A DNA stretch of 53,863 nt, filler included, from Dirinaria sp. TL-2023a (Eukaryota), in assembly GCA_051941275.1 (NCBI GenBank). It is 3 parts of 3 records of this genome, joined end to end, with 100 filler letters (N's around TTAATTAATTAA, not from the genome) between each part and the next. Parts side by side here need not be neighbours in the genome. Positions count along the whole stretch, not along the records: positions 1 to 17,929 come from JAVEBF010000407.1; 2 more parts are not named here. The stretch is one strand, 5' to 3'. Made by a program: the position numbers and the translations under genes. Positions 1 to 12,290 of this stretch are shown piece by piece. How positions within the stretch are numbered: the first letter of the stretch is position 1; every line of letters starts with the position of its first letter. Below the pieces are notes generated by a model. The model was not told the origin of the DNA, searched no databases, and worked only from the letters and a program-made list of their open reading frames with translations.

Positions 1-610
1 TTAGCAGTGCAATCTTCGGGTCGATTACCTAATAATGTGTCAAGATTACTCGTCAAAGACTTCTTCGAAACGGCGGTCAAGATTTTGAGCATTATCGCCA
101 ATTTGAGAGACCCTGATGGTCGTCAGCCATGAAAGGTAAAATCATTGAAAACCCTTGAATCGAGACCAAATAATTGAAACAATCCTCGCGTCTACATTCT
201 GCGCACTTCGTATGAAAATGGCCTGGCAAGTCCATTGGTCACACATTCAACTCCTCTGTGGACCGTGCAACAGCAGAATAATGTACGCGAAGAAGGCGCG
301 TCAACCTCTCAGATATCTGCTACATACTAATCTGGCTCGGCAATACGACCGATTGGTTCTCAGCTTACCGGCGGCGGCGATTTTCGTCTCTGCCGCGCCA
401 ATAACGGTAACCATTAGCCACGCTAGGGTTGATTATGTCGTTTTTGCGTGCCGTGCTGGCTTACCTTATGCTTTGCGTTCAGCATGTCGGAGGATACATG
501 TAGTCGGAGGAGCTTTTCTTCCCCACATCTTTCCATGTTGCTTGAAGTTCAATTGCTTTGAAAATTTCACCATTCATTCAGTCATTTCTCTGATTGACTG
601 AAGATACACC

Positions 611-2085
611 ATGAGCGGAGGGATTTCGCCCGCTGGGATTCCGCCAGCGGGTATGTCCTCAAATTTCACCGATCCCATGAACCGAGCTCCTAATCTTATC
701 GCGTGTAACATTGTACTTCTCGTGTTCTCCATTTTCATCGTCGCTGCGCGCATTCTTTCGAGAACGATCCTGACGGACTGGCGGCTGGGCTGGGACGATT
801 GTGAGTTGCCTTTCCTGGACATGCTCGTGTACATTATTAATTGGCTTGCTGCAGATACAATTATTCTAGCTATGGTATATATGACTGAAGAGCACAGTAC
901 CTGATATTTACGAATGCATCTAGATTGGAACTGCCGTCTTTACCTCGTTCGTCATCAAAAGTGGGTATAAACATCCTACAACCCTCCAGTGAACATGCTA
1001 ATCGAGATGTAGCTACACAGTATGGACTCGGCAGGCACATATGGGATGTTCCACGGTCCGAGTACAGCCCGGGATATCTATGGGTCAGTGTCCTTGCTTC
1101 TGCACCCTTCGACCAACAGAGATCTGATGTCAGCTATGCAGTGGATCATGGCCACTTTCGCCGCCTGTCCTGCCTCCTACTATTTCGTCAAATTGTCAAT
1201 CCTCTTTTTCTACTTACGTGTCTTCGAGCTTCAAAAGAAGCTGCGCTATATGATCTACGCGCTGTTCGCTTATTGTACGATATACTACGGCGTCGCCTTC
1301 TTTGCCATCATTGGCCTGTGCAATGTCAACAATCGGACTTGGGACATTACAATTACTATGAACTGTTTTGCCTACGGAAAGCTTACCTTCGCTATTGGAG
1401 GTTTGGACTTGATCGCTGACGCAATTGTCCTTGCCTTTCCTATCCCGCAGGTGATGAAATTGCGCATCTCATGGCCTCAAAGGATATACCTCCTTTTTAT
1501 CTTCTTAGCTGGTTTGACGTAAGTTCGACCCTTTAATCCGAATGACCAAAGTACGAGCATTAACCCTTCTGCCAGCACTTCCGCAGCCTGCGCAATCCGT
1601 GTGGCTTGGGCTGTTCAATCGCGCAAAACAACGGACGCGACCATGGCACAATATCACGTCGTGACCATGTTGTAAGCAAACGGTGCCTTTCAAAAGTGTC
1701 CGAGTAAGCGACCGCTTACCATTGCCAAAACAGCTGCATCGAACATTACCTGGCTCTCATCGCTGCGTGTATGCCAACTCTCGGTCCATTCTTCCGTCAT
1801 CTCCGCCCCAGCCGTTTGAAGCGTGTAGTCAAGGGTCATAAGTTCCTAGGAGATGATGCCGAAGGCGTTTGGTCACGGCCAGGTACACTTGATCACAGTC
1901 TTATGTATGGGTCTGTGCTCGTCTCTGAGGCGAGGGATAAGGAGGTGCCTTTTGAAACGGCGATGCCTTCGCATTTACCAAAGGCATACGCACCGCGCGC
2001 AGCAAGGAACATGCAGGCGCTGTACGTGTCTGAAAATGACAACCTGCAGCCTCCCATCGAACTGCAAGAGACGGGGTCGAGGTAA
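611..2085 (+). CDS. PTH11-like / fungal rhodopsin-domain integral membrane protein without CFEM, 7 exons (~380 aa)
   Basis: Exons 611-800, 855-874, 924-960, 1013-1083, 1142-1518, 1576-1671, 1734-2085 joined by GT-AG introns total 1143 nt in frame. Family motifs: PPAGMSSNFTDP, RLGWDD, YGLGRHIWDV, FVKLSILFFYLRVF, DLIADAIVLAFPIPQVMKLRI, IEHYLALIAACMPTLGPFF. Confidence 0.88.
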
Positions 2086-2299
2086 CACGGTTGTGTTGTG
2101 GAGTACCGATACCAGTCATCGCCTTGACTGTGGGCTGATGTAGATAATTTCAAGGCAACAGTACTGCGGTATTGTAACATATCCCATTTCCGGGTAAGCA
2201 TGGGTGCTTTATCCTTGGTCCGCCAAACAGCGCATTAATTCGTTGCTGATCCTTGCCCATGGTCCCTCAATAGGCATTTTCTCGATTGAGTCGAAAAAT

Positions 2300-5162
2300 G
2301 ACGCGCTCCACAAAAGGGTTTTGCTCCATTCAGGCCAAGCTTGAAACTTTTGATTTTGTATGCTCATCATTCCATGGAAATCAAATCTTCGCATGCGGTC
2401 CTTGCACAGGTTGGGACGTACTCTTCGCGATCGAGAAATGTATCTAGCCCTTTATGACGTTCTGCATTATACTGTATTTTATTGGAGGATAAAGATGTCT
2501 GATCGTCTATATTTGATATCATATGCTGCACAATCTGGCCTGTTTGGTCCTTACAGAATGATCTTCTCCGTTCAAGCATCGATCGATTCTCGAAGAACGA
2601 ATAGCGCTTTCGCAACGCGAGAGACCAAGTCTCCCATCCTGACCGCAGCTTAAATTACGAGCAAATAACAATGGGATTGAAAGTTGACTTGCTGCCGAAT
2701 TACACAGAAAGCTCCAGAAAGAGTGGCTAATGGTAATCGAAGTTTGAGGCCATGACTCAATCCCGCGCTCGAAATTGATGAGTTTAGACTGCTATGCACT
2801 TGTTCTCGACCAACCTCCACGACCGAAACCCTATTTTCTGTCGGTATCCACCATATTGGTTCTGGGCTTTTCACCGACATCGTCATCGGCACGGATCATG
2901 CCAGGATCTCAGTTCGGTCCACGATCAATGATGTCAAAGGTCCTGCAAGGGCGAGAATTTGAGCTGACCTCGATGGAAGTCTCAATTTACCAATAGTGTA
3001 CGAGATGAATCAGTGTTTACGAATTTAAGCAAGCAGTGTATAATTGAGCACTGAAATATTTGAGATTGGTATTCGAGCAGAAGGCCCCATTAATCCTCTT
3101 CTATGACGTGCTCCCTCGGAGCCAGCATTATCCATATTTCAGCGTCATGATGCTACGGCATCAATGACATGCCAGACCTTTTTCGTTCGCTGAGTTACTA
3201 GCTACAGCTCTCTGGATTCACTGCCCTCACTTGTTCATAGCGTCACTGGTTGCCGAGATGGCTTGCGTGTATTGTAGTTAAATTAGCGAGCAAATTTTCG
3301 AAATGGTCCAAAATCTTTAATTCTTTCTTACATATTTAAACATTCTTAAGGGGCACCCATGCTGGAAGAGATAAAGCTGTGTTCGATGAAAGACTTGCAA
3401 GGAATGTTATGTCTATGAGCGAACCAGCTGATGCAATAGCAGTATATTATATGCTGTATTCCTTTACTAAGCTGTGACGCAAGCAAGTTCGAAAAGCTGA
3501 ATACTTTGATAGAGAGAATTGGACAGTTGGACGCAGATGCCGTCCCATTCAGAATTCTTTACCCTTTCGTATTTAATGCGTGGAATGCAAAATCAACGGA
3601 TGCACTTTGCCAGTATGCGCGAAGTGACATTTCAAGACAGTGATGTCTTGCTCTGACTTGGACATAAAGTTGATAGCCCCTCGGATCTAGAATATGGTCT
3701 AAGGTTGAACCTAACAGTACTTAGTTTTTGTTAGCTAATAAACGCTAAACTTGTGGGCTCTCTTTCTGCCATGTTCAACAATAACTTGACTTATTTCCTC
3801 ATCCTCAGCGCCTCCTGTTTTCCTTCAGCTGCGATGTGGACTAAACTTCACCGATATTCGAGACCATTCGACCCAGCATCTCTTCTCTAAATTTCCCGTA
3901 TCATAGTCCTCAAGCTGGGTTGGGCTGAGCAACACTGACTATCTAATAATTAGGAATGTCTTAGTCCGCGTTCCAGAAACCCACATTAAAGCGAGCTTCT
4001 GCGCCGTGAGACAAAAGCACCGATCCCTCGTATCGTCTTCTTCGGCGCCCTTGTCTAACGGGTCAACTGCTTATACACGTAGACAGCTTCATCCTCAGAG
4101 AGGCCCCTCACTTACGCTACGAGCCACTAGAACCGTCTTCCTCTCGATTGTACTGTTGATATAGTTGCCGCTCATTCGGTTGGATGAGATCAACTTTGAC
4201 GTTAAAAAGTTCACTCTTTGCTTTAAGAAGTCTCATAGGCTCGCTTGAGCTTCAAATTGCTAGCAAATCAAGAAATGTCTTGCGGCATCAAGTCTGGATC
4301 GAATTGAGATATGACTCCCACTTTAAATCGTCGCCTTGAGCCTAGTCCTAGAGCGAACAAGCTATGGCAAGATTGTGATGTCTGACCTTCTTTTTGTGTG
4401 CTTCGCCGGACAAACAATCGTAATCAAAACGAATTTCACCATGAGCGCCAAATATTCTGGCGAAAAATTCGGGATTCGCAACGAAGAGCGTACAATAGGT
4501 CTGGATATTCCTCACCAGTTTCACTTTTTTGACGCTATTTGTAAGGAAATCTTTTAATATTATTCCTGATAGGATGAGCGATTTTATGAAGGGAATGGGT
4601 CTGAGATCGGCAACCTTGCATGCAAACACAAGATTTTCTTCATGTGCATGTGCTCCAATGCTCGGACATCATCCTGCAGACCTTGAAGTGTAAAAACCGA
4701 TTCTGCGATGACGAGGTTGAACCGACCGGGGACTTAGGACAGACCATTCCCGATGCCGATAATAATCGAGAGAGGGTGAACTTAAGGTACTGGTCAAGTG
4801 GTGGAATAAGTATGCTTTGAATGCCGGCGAAGTTGGACAGATGAAGAAGTCTACGGGAGCTGATCTGAGAAAGAGACCAGCGACCAAGGGAACAGACACC
4901 TTCCCTGGTGGGTCTAGGAAGATCTGGTACATTAACGGCTGTTCGCTCAAGGCAGGTTTCTTCGCATCAGAAAGCTTCCATTAAATTGGTGCCAGTGCGG
5001 CAACATCTACGCGTGATCTTGATGTCGTAGTCGAACCACACATTCCGACCCGACAGTTGCTATAGTTTCCTCTTCTGATGCTTCTGTCTCCACGGCATCG
5101 ACCATTGTAGCAATAACGCAAAGACTATCGCCAAGCTTGAAGGGCTTCAATTTGTCTGCCAT
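2300..5162 (-). pseudogene. Decayed NLR-type gene (N-terminal helical domain - NACHT - ankyrin repeats)
   Basis: Manual minus-strand translation with many stops and frameshifts gives motifs in the expected order: ATG 5162 (MADKLKPF...), degenerate Walker A RIFGAHG/KFVLITIV (~4420-4460), Walker B-like AVDPLDKGAEEDDTRDR (~4020-4070), RHSLVKEY (~3460-3480, cf. LAHFSVKEY), ankyrin-like LANLTTIHASHLG (~3250-3290) and KDQTGQIVQHMIS (~2515-2555). Ends approximate. Confidence 0.5.
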
Positions 5163-5881
5163 TAAGTCTTGTAATCACCCTCGTGCTCTAATAGATAATC
5201 ATCTGAGGGCTACTCTACTTTATCCTGTGTTGGTAACAGTAAGAACAGCGACTCTCAAGGTCTTTTTGCCTTAGCAGCGACCTAGCTGTCGTCACATTTC
5301 AAATGCCACCATTGTCCCTAGGTCAATCCTGATATCACAGCCAAATTTATTTCTCCAGTCGATCTCGTCTCTCCACTCTCCGAGTACGCGTACGCCATTT
5401 TGAACGTGCCATCTTCGGCAGGACTTACAGAGCCAATCTTCGCGCGTAGCACGACTTTCTCCCGATGGTCGAATTTCCTTCAACAGCGCATCATCAAAGG
5501 AGTCCGCTCTGATCCATCAGAGCCAGCTGCCGTCGATAGCCCGCTTCTCGTGGATGTACTACATAGCCCGAAAGTCTTACGAAGTCTTTTCTCGAAGCTT
5601 GCTGGGTCGTTCCCGCAATCTTCTTGCCATCAACCTCATGACCAGTATCTTGTTCAACTCTTCGAAAGCTAGGGCAATTCTTCTCTGGCAGCGAAGGAGC
5701 TGTGTTTTCATGTCCTTCATCCATGATCCAGTGTGGCTTTCGCTCGGCCGTTGCAGGGTTGAGGAGCGGAATCGTTCCGCCAACTGCTGCCAAGCCTAGG
5801 GCCTCGGCGCTGTTTACTCGTCGCTCGATCTCGATTTCCAGCTTTTGCTCGTAACAGTTTTTTCCATCTGACTTTCGCAGA

Positions 5882-7375
5882 ATGCACAAATTCATCGGTC
5901 GTGAGCTCTTCACTCGTAGAGCCTCCTATGGAAACCGTGTACTTGTACGGAAGCTCCATCTTATCCATGAAGTCCACTTTAAGTGGACTGAGGTTAAATT
6001 TGAGCAATTACCCATTAAGAAAATACGTGATATTCAGCTTGCGCCTTGCAAGGTTGTGGAAAACCAAAATGACAAGCATTACGCCCTTGTAACCCTCAGC
6101 CAACTGCTGCCAATGATCCAGCCCCGTCAGTATCTGAAGGTCGACCTTCCAGAAGGCAGCGAGGAGGTCGATCTGGACAACACTGCCGATCTGAGGTTTG
6201 AGATCGGAGAATTGCCACCTGATCCCAAGGATGCCACTGATCGGAAGAAGAAATACAAAAGACTCGGGACTAGCAAGGAAATCCACCTAACTACGGACTT
6301 ACATCCTGTGGCCTTTCGGCATCGACTTAGCCTGGCCTACTTCCACGTCGCCCAGGATGATCGCGTGGAATTCCACTTGCGCCCTAGGGTGAAGAGCAAA
6401 ACCTTGACCGTGGACTGGGCTTTGAAGAACCTGCCTTATCTGAGGCCAGATGTTATTTTGAAATCTATGCCTGAGGGCACCGGTCTATTCATCCCACCGA
6501 TCGTGATCGATAGCAAGTCAAGTGAGGAATTGGTATGGGCGTTTTCGAAGAAACCCGAGGATTTCAGTGAAGAGTTTGCAGACGAACGGAGCGCAGCCCA
6601 TGAAGCAGATAAGCAATGGACAGAGGGGTCGGAGCGCTGGCAGAAAGCGGTCAAGGAGTCCAGGCGACGAAATGCGCTGAAACCAGAATTGAAACAGATG
6701 TTGGTGCGGCAGTTGATATCGAATATCAGTCTCAATGAAAATCTAGGGTCTGATTCTGACCTCCCGAGTACTCAAGAATCCATGTTGCGGTACATCGAAT
6801 CGCATGATGAACTGGACGAGCATGCAAAATCCGAATCTGACAAGAGTTCTCCCTCGTCAATGGACATCCACGGCACGGATCTTGATATACCTATGGTTAG
6901 GTACTACGAATTAAATGATGGACTCAAGGAGCGTCCAAAGTCCGATCCTGACAAGGGTCCTCCCTCATCAATAGACATGCACGGCACGGATAATGATAAA
7001 CCTATTGTTAGGTACCACGGATCGAATGATGGACTCAATGAGCGTCCAAAGTCCGAACCTGACAAGGGTCCTCCCTCGTCAAATGACATCCACGGCACGG
7101 ATAATGATAAACCTATAGTAAGGCACCACGGATTGAATGCCAAATCCGATCACACGGATAATCGTGCGTTCTTGGTCCGGTACTGCAGATCGGATGTTGC
7201 GCTCGATAAGCCTGCAAAGTCCAAATCCGACAATGGTCTTCCCTCATCGATAAACATCCACGGCACGGATAATCATGAACCAGTAGTTAGGTACCACGGA
7301 TCGGATACCCCATTTGAGTCTGCAAAATCCGTACCTGAAAAGAAGACTCGTAAAGTTCAGATAAGATACTTCTGA
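5882..7375 (+). CDS. Divergent mitochondrial translation initiation factor IF3-like protein with C-terminal 37-aa tandem repeats (497 aa, single exon)
   Basis: Long uninterrupted ORF with an Arg-rich presequence-like N-terminus. KEIHLTTDLHPVAFRHRLSLAYFHVAQDDRVEFHLR resembles the IF3 C-domain pattern (KxIELxxxIxxHDLxHRLxxxxxFLxxGxRVE). Coding status is well supported; the IF3 call is tentative. Confidence 0.6.
   Translation: MHKFIGRELFTRRASYGNRVLVRKLHLIHEVHFKWTEVKFEQLPIKKIRDIQLAPCKVVENQNDKHYALVTLSQLLPMIQPRQYLKVDLPEGSEEVDLDNTADLRFEIGELPPDPKDATDRKKKYKRLGTSKEIHLTTDLHPVAFRHRLSLAYFHVAQDDRVEFHLRPRVKSKTLTVDWALKNLPYLRPDVILKSMPEGTGLFIPPIVIDSKSSEELVWAFSKKPEDFSEEFADERSAAHEADKQWTEGSERWQKAVKESRRRNALKPELKQMLVRQLISNISLNENLGSDSDLPSTQESMLRYIESHDELDEHAKSESDKSSPSSMDIHGTDLDIPMVRYYELNDGLKERPKSDPDKGPPSSIDMHGTDNDKPIVRYHGSNDGLNERPKSEPDKGPPSSNDIHGTDNDKPIVRHHGLNAKSDHTDNRAFLVRYCRSDVALDKPAKSKSDNGLPSSINIHGTDNHEPVVRYHGSDTPFESAKSVPEKKTRKVQIRYF
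6800..7310 (+). repeat. 111-bp (37-aa) coding tandem repeat, ~4 copies with one partial/interrupted unit
   Basis: tccgatcctgacaagggtcc at 6941 recurs as tccgaacctgacaagggtcc at 7052 (period 111). Unit KSxxDKGPPSSxDIHGTDNDKPIVRYHGSNDGLNERP. Confidence 0.9.
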
Positions 7376-7699
7376 CTGGGCGTCGTACTCGATGAGAATG
7401 CAACATCCCAATCTGATACAAGTTTTACTCTTCACGAGAAGACGATCTTGGGGGCCAGTAAGGCATAGTGGACAATCAGCAAGGCCAGCACGGGATGGAT
7501 GCTCTCGGAGGAGATCGAGAGAAACACCAGATGCCATTAGGTCTCACGAAGCATGAGGGAGCTGGTGCGCATCCGGAGGCGGGGATCCGCACACATGCAT
7601 CAATCGTTCAGAGCTGAGGAATCAAAGCCATGGGGGATGAACACGTCTGCTCCTTGGCGGCTTCCAAGTGTAGAGCTAATATCAGGCATTTTACGCTAG

Positions 7700-8870
7700 T
7701 CGAATATACAAGAAGAGGAAATTTGCTTGATTGCTTAGATACTGGCCTCCAATGACATATGAGCAGTAATTGCATTGATTAGCAGTTGAAAGATCGGGAA
7801 TGTAGCCTTTGGCATTTGGAAGAAAGCTTGCAGAATATCCACTGCAAGTCTGGTTAGCTAGGGCGAGAAAATTGGAAAGCTCAGATGGACAAATGGTGTA
7901 GTCGTCAGCGCTCCTGGCATTTTCGGCATAAAGCTGGCAATGTCCTGTCCTAGGCTGGTGCAGAAAGGGGTGCATGGTTCGTAAAAGAGCTAGGCGTATA
8001 TGGTGTGGGAGGAGCTGTACGGAAAATCTACAGTAAAGTATAAGCGAACGCCAATACTTTGAAAAGGCCCCAGACTAAACGACATGGAGCTGTGTACAAT
8101 GGCTGGTAGCAGAGGTTTGGTTCTCGCCGTGGCCATGCTTTGAGCGTGTGAAGGATCTGCTAGGAATCGGTCTAAGTCGCACTAGACTTCGCGCTTCTTC
8201 TTGCAAAGTCTATCTACTTTGACGAACATGACGAGTACTAGAGCATACTATCTTATCTGTTGGTCCTTTCCGTTGACAATGGTGTCAATGCAGTACTCGG
8301 TAGGATTCCTCCACGTGCCTGCTGCCAGGTCATAGTGCGCAAAATCCCCCAGGATACTTTCACTTTCCAGTCCAAGAAGGGAACAAAATTCGCAGACTTG
8401 CCTCCAGGCTCTAACAAGTCAAGATTGTCAAATTGTCAAAGTACTTGAAACGCAGATTGATGGATTTTGCGCAAGATCAGCTGTCCAGCATCATATGATT
8501 TTTGCATTATCATTTTGGTCCATTTCAATTATCATCATGACGAGCCAAGCTTAGCAAGAGCCGTTAACCCCAAGGACGCTTGCCCTGCACCTCGACTCGC
8601 TGCGGCTATCAGCCCATGATTAGAAGGGCATAGAACAATTATTCTCGAAGAGTCGTCCGATAGCTTCAGGAGTTGGTGCTGGCCTCCAGATAACTTCAAG
8701 CGTATCAAGGCTCTTCAGGATATGGGGCGGCTCCGACCAGCTAGACGACTGCGCTGTCGTCCCCATGACGCTCTCTGTTCGCAGATACGACCGAGGAAAG
8801 GTGCTGGCGCACGACAAAACAAGAAAAAGCTTGTGAACTGCTACGGTTCGCGTTTGTGGAATATTCATAG
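7700..8870 (-). pseudogene. Fragmented relic of a PDR-type (ABCG) ABC transporter, 3' half
   Basis: DAGQLILRKIHQSAFQVL*QFDNLDLLEPGGK (~8400-8495) matches the NBD2 H-loop region GQAILCTIHQPS..FDxLLLLxxGG. ICPSELSNFLALANQTCSGYSASFLPNAKGY...NQCNYCSYVIGGQYL (7735-7900) matches the PDR C-terminal Cys-rich loop. Stops and large deletions are present. Confidence 0.7.
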
Positions 8871-8989
8871 AGCAGATCTACGACGCGTGTAATTCGATCG
8901 CACAAAGGCTCCGGGCATTGGATCACGTCTTTGGGCGGAAGTGATAGACATCCAATTCACGAGTCGCGAAGTCCTACAAAGCAACGAGA

Positions 8990-9800
8990 AGACATAATGG
9001 TGTTTGGTTCTGGCGGCCGATGGATTATGGAGCCGTAGTCGCAGCTTCTTCAGCGCACATTATATAACTTCTCAGACTACTGGAGCGCTGTCTTATCGCA
9101 TCCTGCTCGGCATAGACGATATCAGAGATCCAGAGCTGAAGAAGTGGATTTTCGGGCGCAGAGTAATCCTTTGGGCAGACCCCTAATCTCGGTCATGAGA
9201 CTACTCAGACAGGAGGGGTTGCACTTCCAAACTTATTTGGCTTGGTGAAGATGACCTGTCTGAGTATGTTGAGGTAGCAATCAGGACGTGGAGGAGCTGA
9301 GGAAGCTGTTTGAGGATTGATTTCGGATGTGGGCTATTGGTTTATCGCATGTATTTGAGCAGGATAGCTGGAGTGCGGATAGACTTAGCAAATTCTTGGC
9401 CTTCGTCAAAGACTTTGATAAATGGAGGCTTATGTATTATAGGATGAGGTCTCAAGGTTAAATGCTGATTTACTAGCATCACTTTTCGAGGTTGTTGATG
9501 ATAAAGGATCTTTTGTCATTGCGTCAGGAATTCACTTTCAAGTTTTGATCTGTCGAGCCGAACCTACGTCTGGCGGTGATGCATGTCATCTAATACTTCC
9601 GTATTCTGTTATGCGCGAATTCTGCTCTTGGCGACGGATGATATGCTATTGATCATGAAAACATTTTGCAAGTTCTGGGTTTATATCAGAGAAATTGAGA
9701 CGTGCTCTTGATGCCTCATGAGCTCGTTTTGGCACAAGCCGTTGTATTAGATTTTGGGTCTCGCGGGCGTCAAAGGCGTCTATCTAGCAAGCAGAAGCTG
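8990..9800 (+). pseudogene. Relic of a FAD-dependent monooxygenase (salicylate hydroxylase-like)
   Basis: VLAADGLWSRSR...TGALSYRILL..DDIRDPELKKW (DG motif, 9004-9186), KFLAFVKDFDKWRLM (~9390-9435), GDACHLILPY and ANSALGDG (GD motif, ~9575-9640). Interrupted by stops and frameshifts; no intact N-terminal GxGxxG found. Confidence 0.75.
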
Positions 9801-10839
9801 TTTCAAATCATGCTGTCTCAAGCGCCAACAACTCCATCTGTGGGCGCGGCTGATACTTTCAATGAGGGGTTGGGAAAGTGCTTTCGTAATGCGATATCGA
9901 GCGCGATAATGAAGCAGGCGTTAAATCTGCTAATTGCATCTGGAAATTCTATGCTTCTATGCTCCCATGTCAGATATTTGCATAGAAGAGACCACATACC
10001 TAACAAATGCGTACCCGAGATGGCATCGGCAGCGTCCATGAGGCGATAATGACCTTTATGAGGTGGTATCGCGGGTATCTAGACGTTTCCCCTTGCCCTA
10101 AAAGGCACTAATAAGAGAGGAGAAGCGACTGCACCCAAGACCTTCAAACAGGTGAATTAAACGCCAGAGCTGGGTAAGGTAAGTTAGTTGCTGGGCTGGA
10201 TTAACGTGCTTCATCCGCCAACAAGGAGAGTACTGATGAAATAGACGTATGTAGGCAACATAAACATAGCATTGAGGAAGGAAAGGTCTATGACAGGTGA
10301 ACTGCATACATTAGGGGCCGGTCGCGGCTAACCCGCATATCGAGGAAATATCGTCCTATGGTAGGGCTGACTCCAACAAGAACCTTTTCACCTGCCAGCC
10401 GACCGACCCTTGGAAGAAAGGGACTCCGTCTTCGAAGCCAGTCTATCACCAAACTTTTCCAAGTCCATGGTAAGCAATTTGCTGGTGAAATTGTTTGCAG
10501 GAAGCTGAGATCCCGCTTTCAAGGACGTGCCGACGGCGCAGTCATGGCTGTATCACTACGATAATGTTCTGTCTTCACAGCTTCAACTGTTGTCGCAAAT
10601 GTGACGTCTATCGCTAAGCGCAAGAATGACTATTTTCAGATCAGTTCCAATACCACAATCACATCTCTTTTCCGTCATCTTGATATCTTTTTCCGTCTTT
10701 CAAACTCGTAGGGTTTTCCGCGGCATGCGTTCAAGCTCCCTCGGTGTCTTGAGAAGCCTTCTTTAAGGTCGGGCACGTCATTTTTTCGCCCTTCGATGGA
10801 GTTTCGGTTTCAACCACGAAGGTGCTGTCGCAGGTCAAA

Positions 10840-11000
10840 TGACATGCTCGACGTTCGATTTGACATGTGACCGACCATACTGCCTACCCAGTTGCCTATC
10901 AAGTTGCCTGCCAAACTTTCTACCAATTGCTTTGCCCAATTGCCTGTCTGATTACTTGTCAGAGTTTCTGTCATACTATCTATCATGCGAAGCATCATGC
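10840..11000. repeat. Degenerate 12-bp-period repeat tract
   Basis: ccagttgcctat caagttgcctgc caaactttctac caattgctttgc ccaattgcctgt... The minus-strand frame reads with 4-aa periodicity (SMTE TLTS NQTG NWAK QLVE SLAG NLIG NWVG SMVG). Confidence 0.6.
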
Positions 11001-11363
11001 CATCTGCGAGAAAGAGTTTAGTATCAGAGTTGATCCTCCGCACGGATGCAATTTCGTCATCGGGTCGTCGACGTCACTGTATGTAATCATACAGCCCGTA
11101 CGAGTCAAAACCTTCCTTTCTCCGTGATTAAGGAACAGGGCCGGGCGGAATTCGCTTGAGCGTTATTTACCTGTACATTACGATACCGTACGCCACCGGC
11201 TACTTTATTTGATCGTTCTTCCCACCAATTCTAGTCGGCATTGCTGTCGTAGGGCTTCGCTCGAGAGGAACTGCTGTAGTTCTTCTGAGCACCCCGGGCA
11301 ACCGGTTTGCTTAGAGGGTTGAATTTGCCCGGTATCTTCGGATACTTGACAGAATCGCGTTTG

Positions 11364-11872
11364 TATACGCGGTGAGGGATTCGATCTGCTCAGACTGCTC
11401 CTCATTGTACGCACTGGCATCAGAAAGTCGTCTGGTTTCGCCGTGGAGATTCTTCGTCCCGAAGATTCTTCTAGGTCACTCGGCAACGGGTGTTACTGAT
11501 TAGGTTGACTTTGGCCAGCATCTTCGACAAGTCCGTTGCCACCCTGTGTTTCAATCAGGTCTGCGTTTGTGTGAGGTCCGCCCACGCTGCTGTACTGGGT
11601 AACACCTAGTCTTGTCGACCCCGCTGTTATACGCAGTGAGGTCTCAGACTGTGTCAAACCGTATCATCATGCTGCTCAGTGTTCGCACTTGCATGGAGTA
11701 GAGTCTACCTCTCTCGCGATAAGGTCCTAGATCTTCTTAGCCATACTGTAATACGCAGTAAGACTATCTAGATTGGGAATGCTGCCGCATACAGTGAAGC
11801 TTGCTCTTGTCTTTCTCTGACCACGCTGTTACAAGCAGTCAAATGCCAGCCCTGCTGTTATACGCAGTGAGG
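11364..11872. repeat. Dispersed imperfect direct repeats (~230-260 bp spacing)
   Basis: Exact 19-mer gctgttatacgcagtgagg at 11623-11641 and 11854-11872; variant tatacgcggtgagg at 11364-11377. Confidence 0.7.
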
Positions 11873-12290
11873 CTAGGTTGAAGCTTTGCAGATATCGCCT
11901 TGTACATCGTTCCATACTTGAGACGTGAGGGATCCCAGACGCAAGAAGCTGGAAGCTGGCTCTTTGAGACTGTGATAGACTGCGTGACCGAAAATGTTAG
12001 CAATCGATGTGATCGTTGAGTTTTCCGTGTTGTCGAGCAATTGACAGCATGTGTGTTCGTCTCGTCGGTGTTTTTTGGGCACTTGAGTTCAAAGAGCTAG
12101 TGTTCTGGTGGACTGCACGCCAGAGCGAGAGAGGTCATGCATGGCTGTATGGCAGAGGTCGACGGTTATAGGGAAGGTAAGCACATCAAACTGCCTCAAA
12201 ACATGCTGTCCTTAGTGCCACAGACTCCCTTTGCCTATGCGGCCGATACCTGGAGTGGGTGGTTGGGAGAGCGCTGTCGCAATACGTTAT

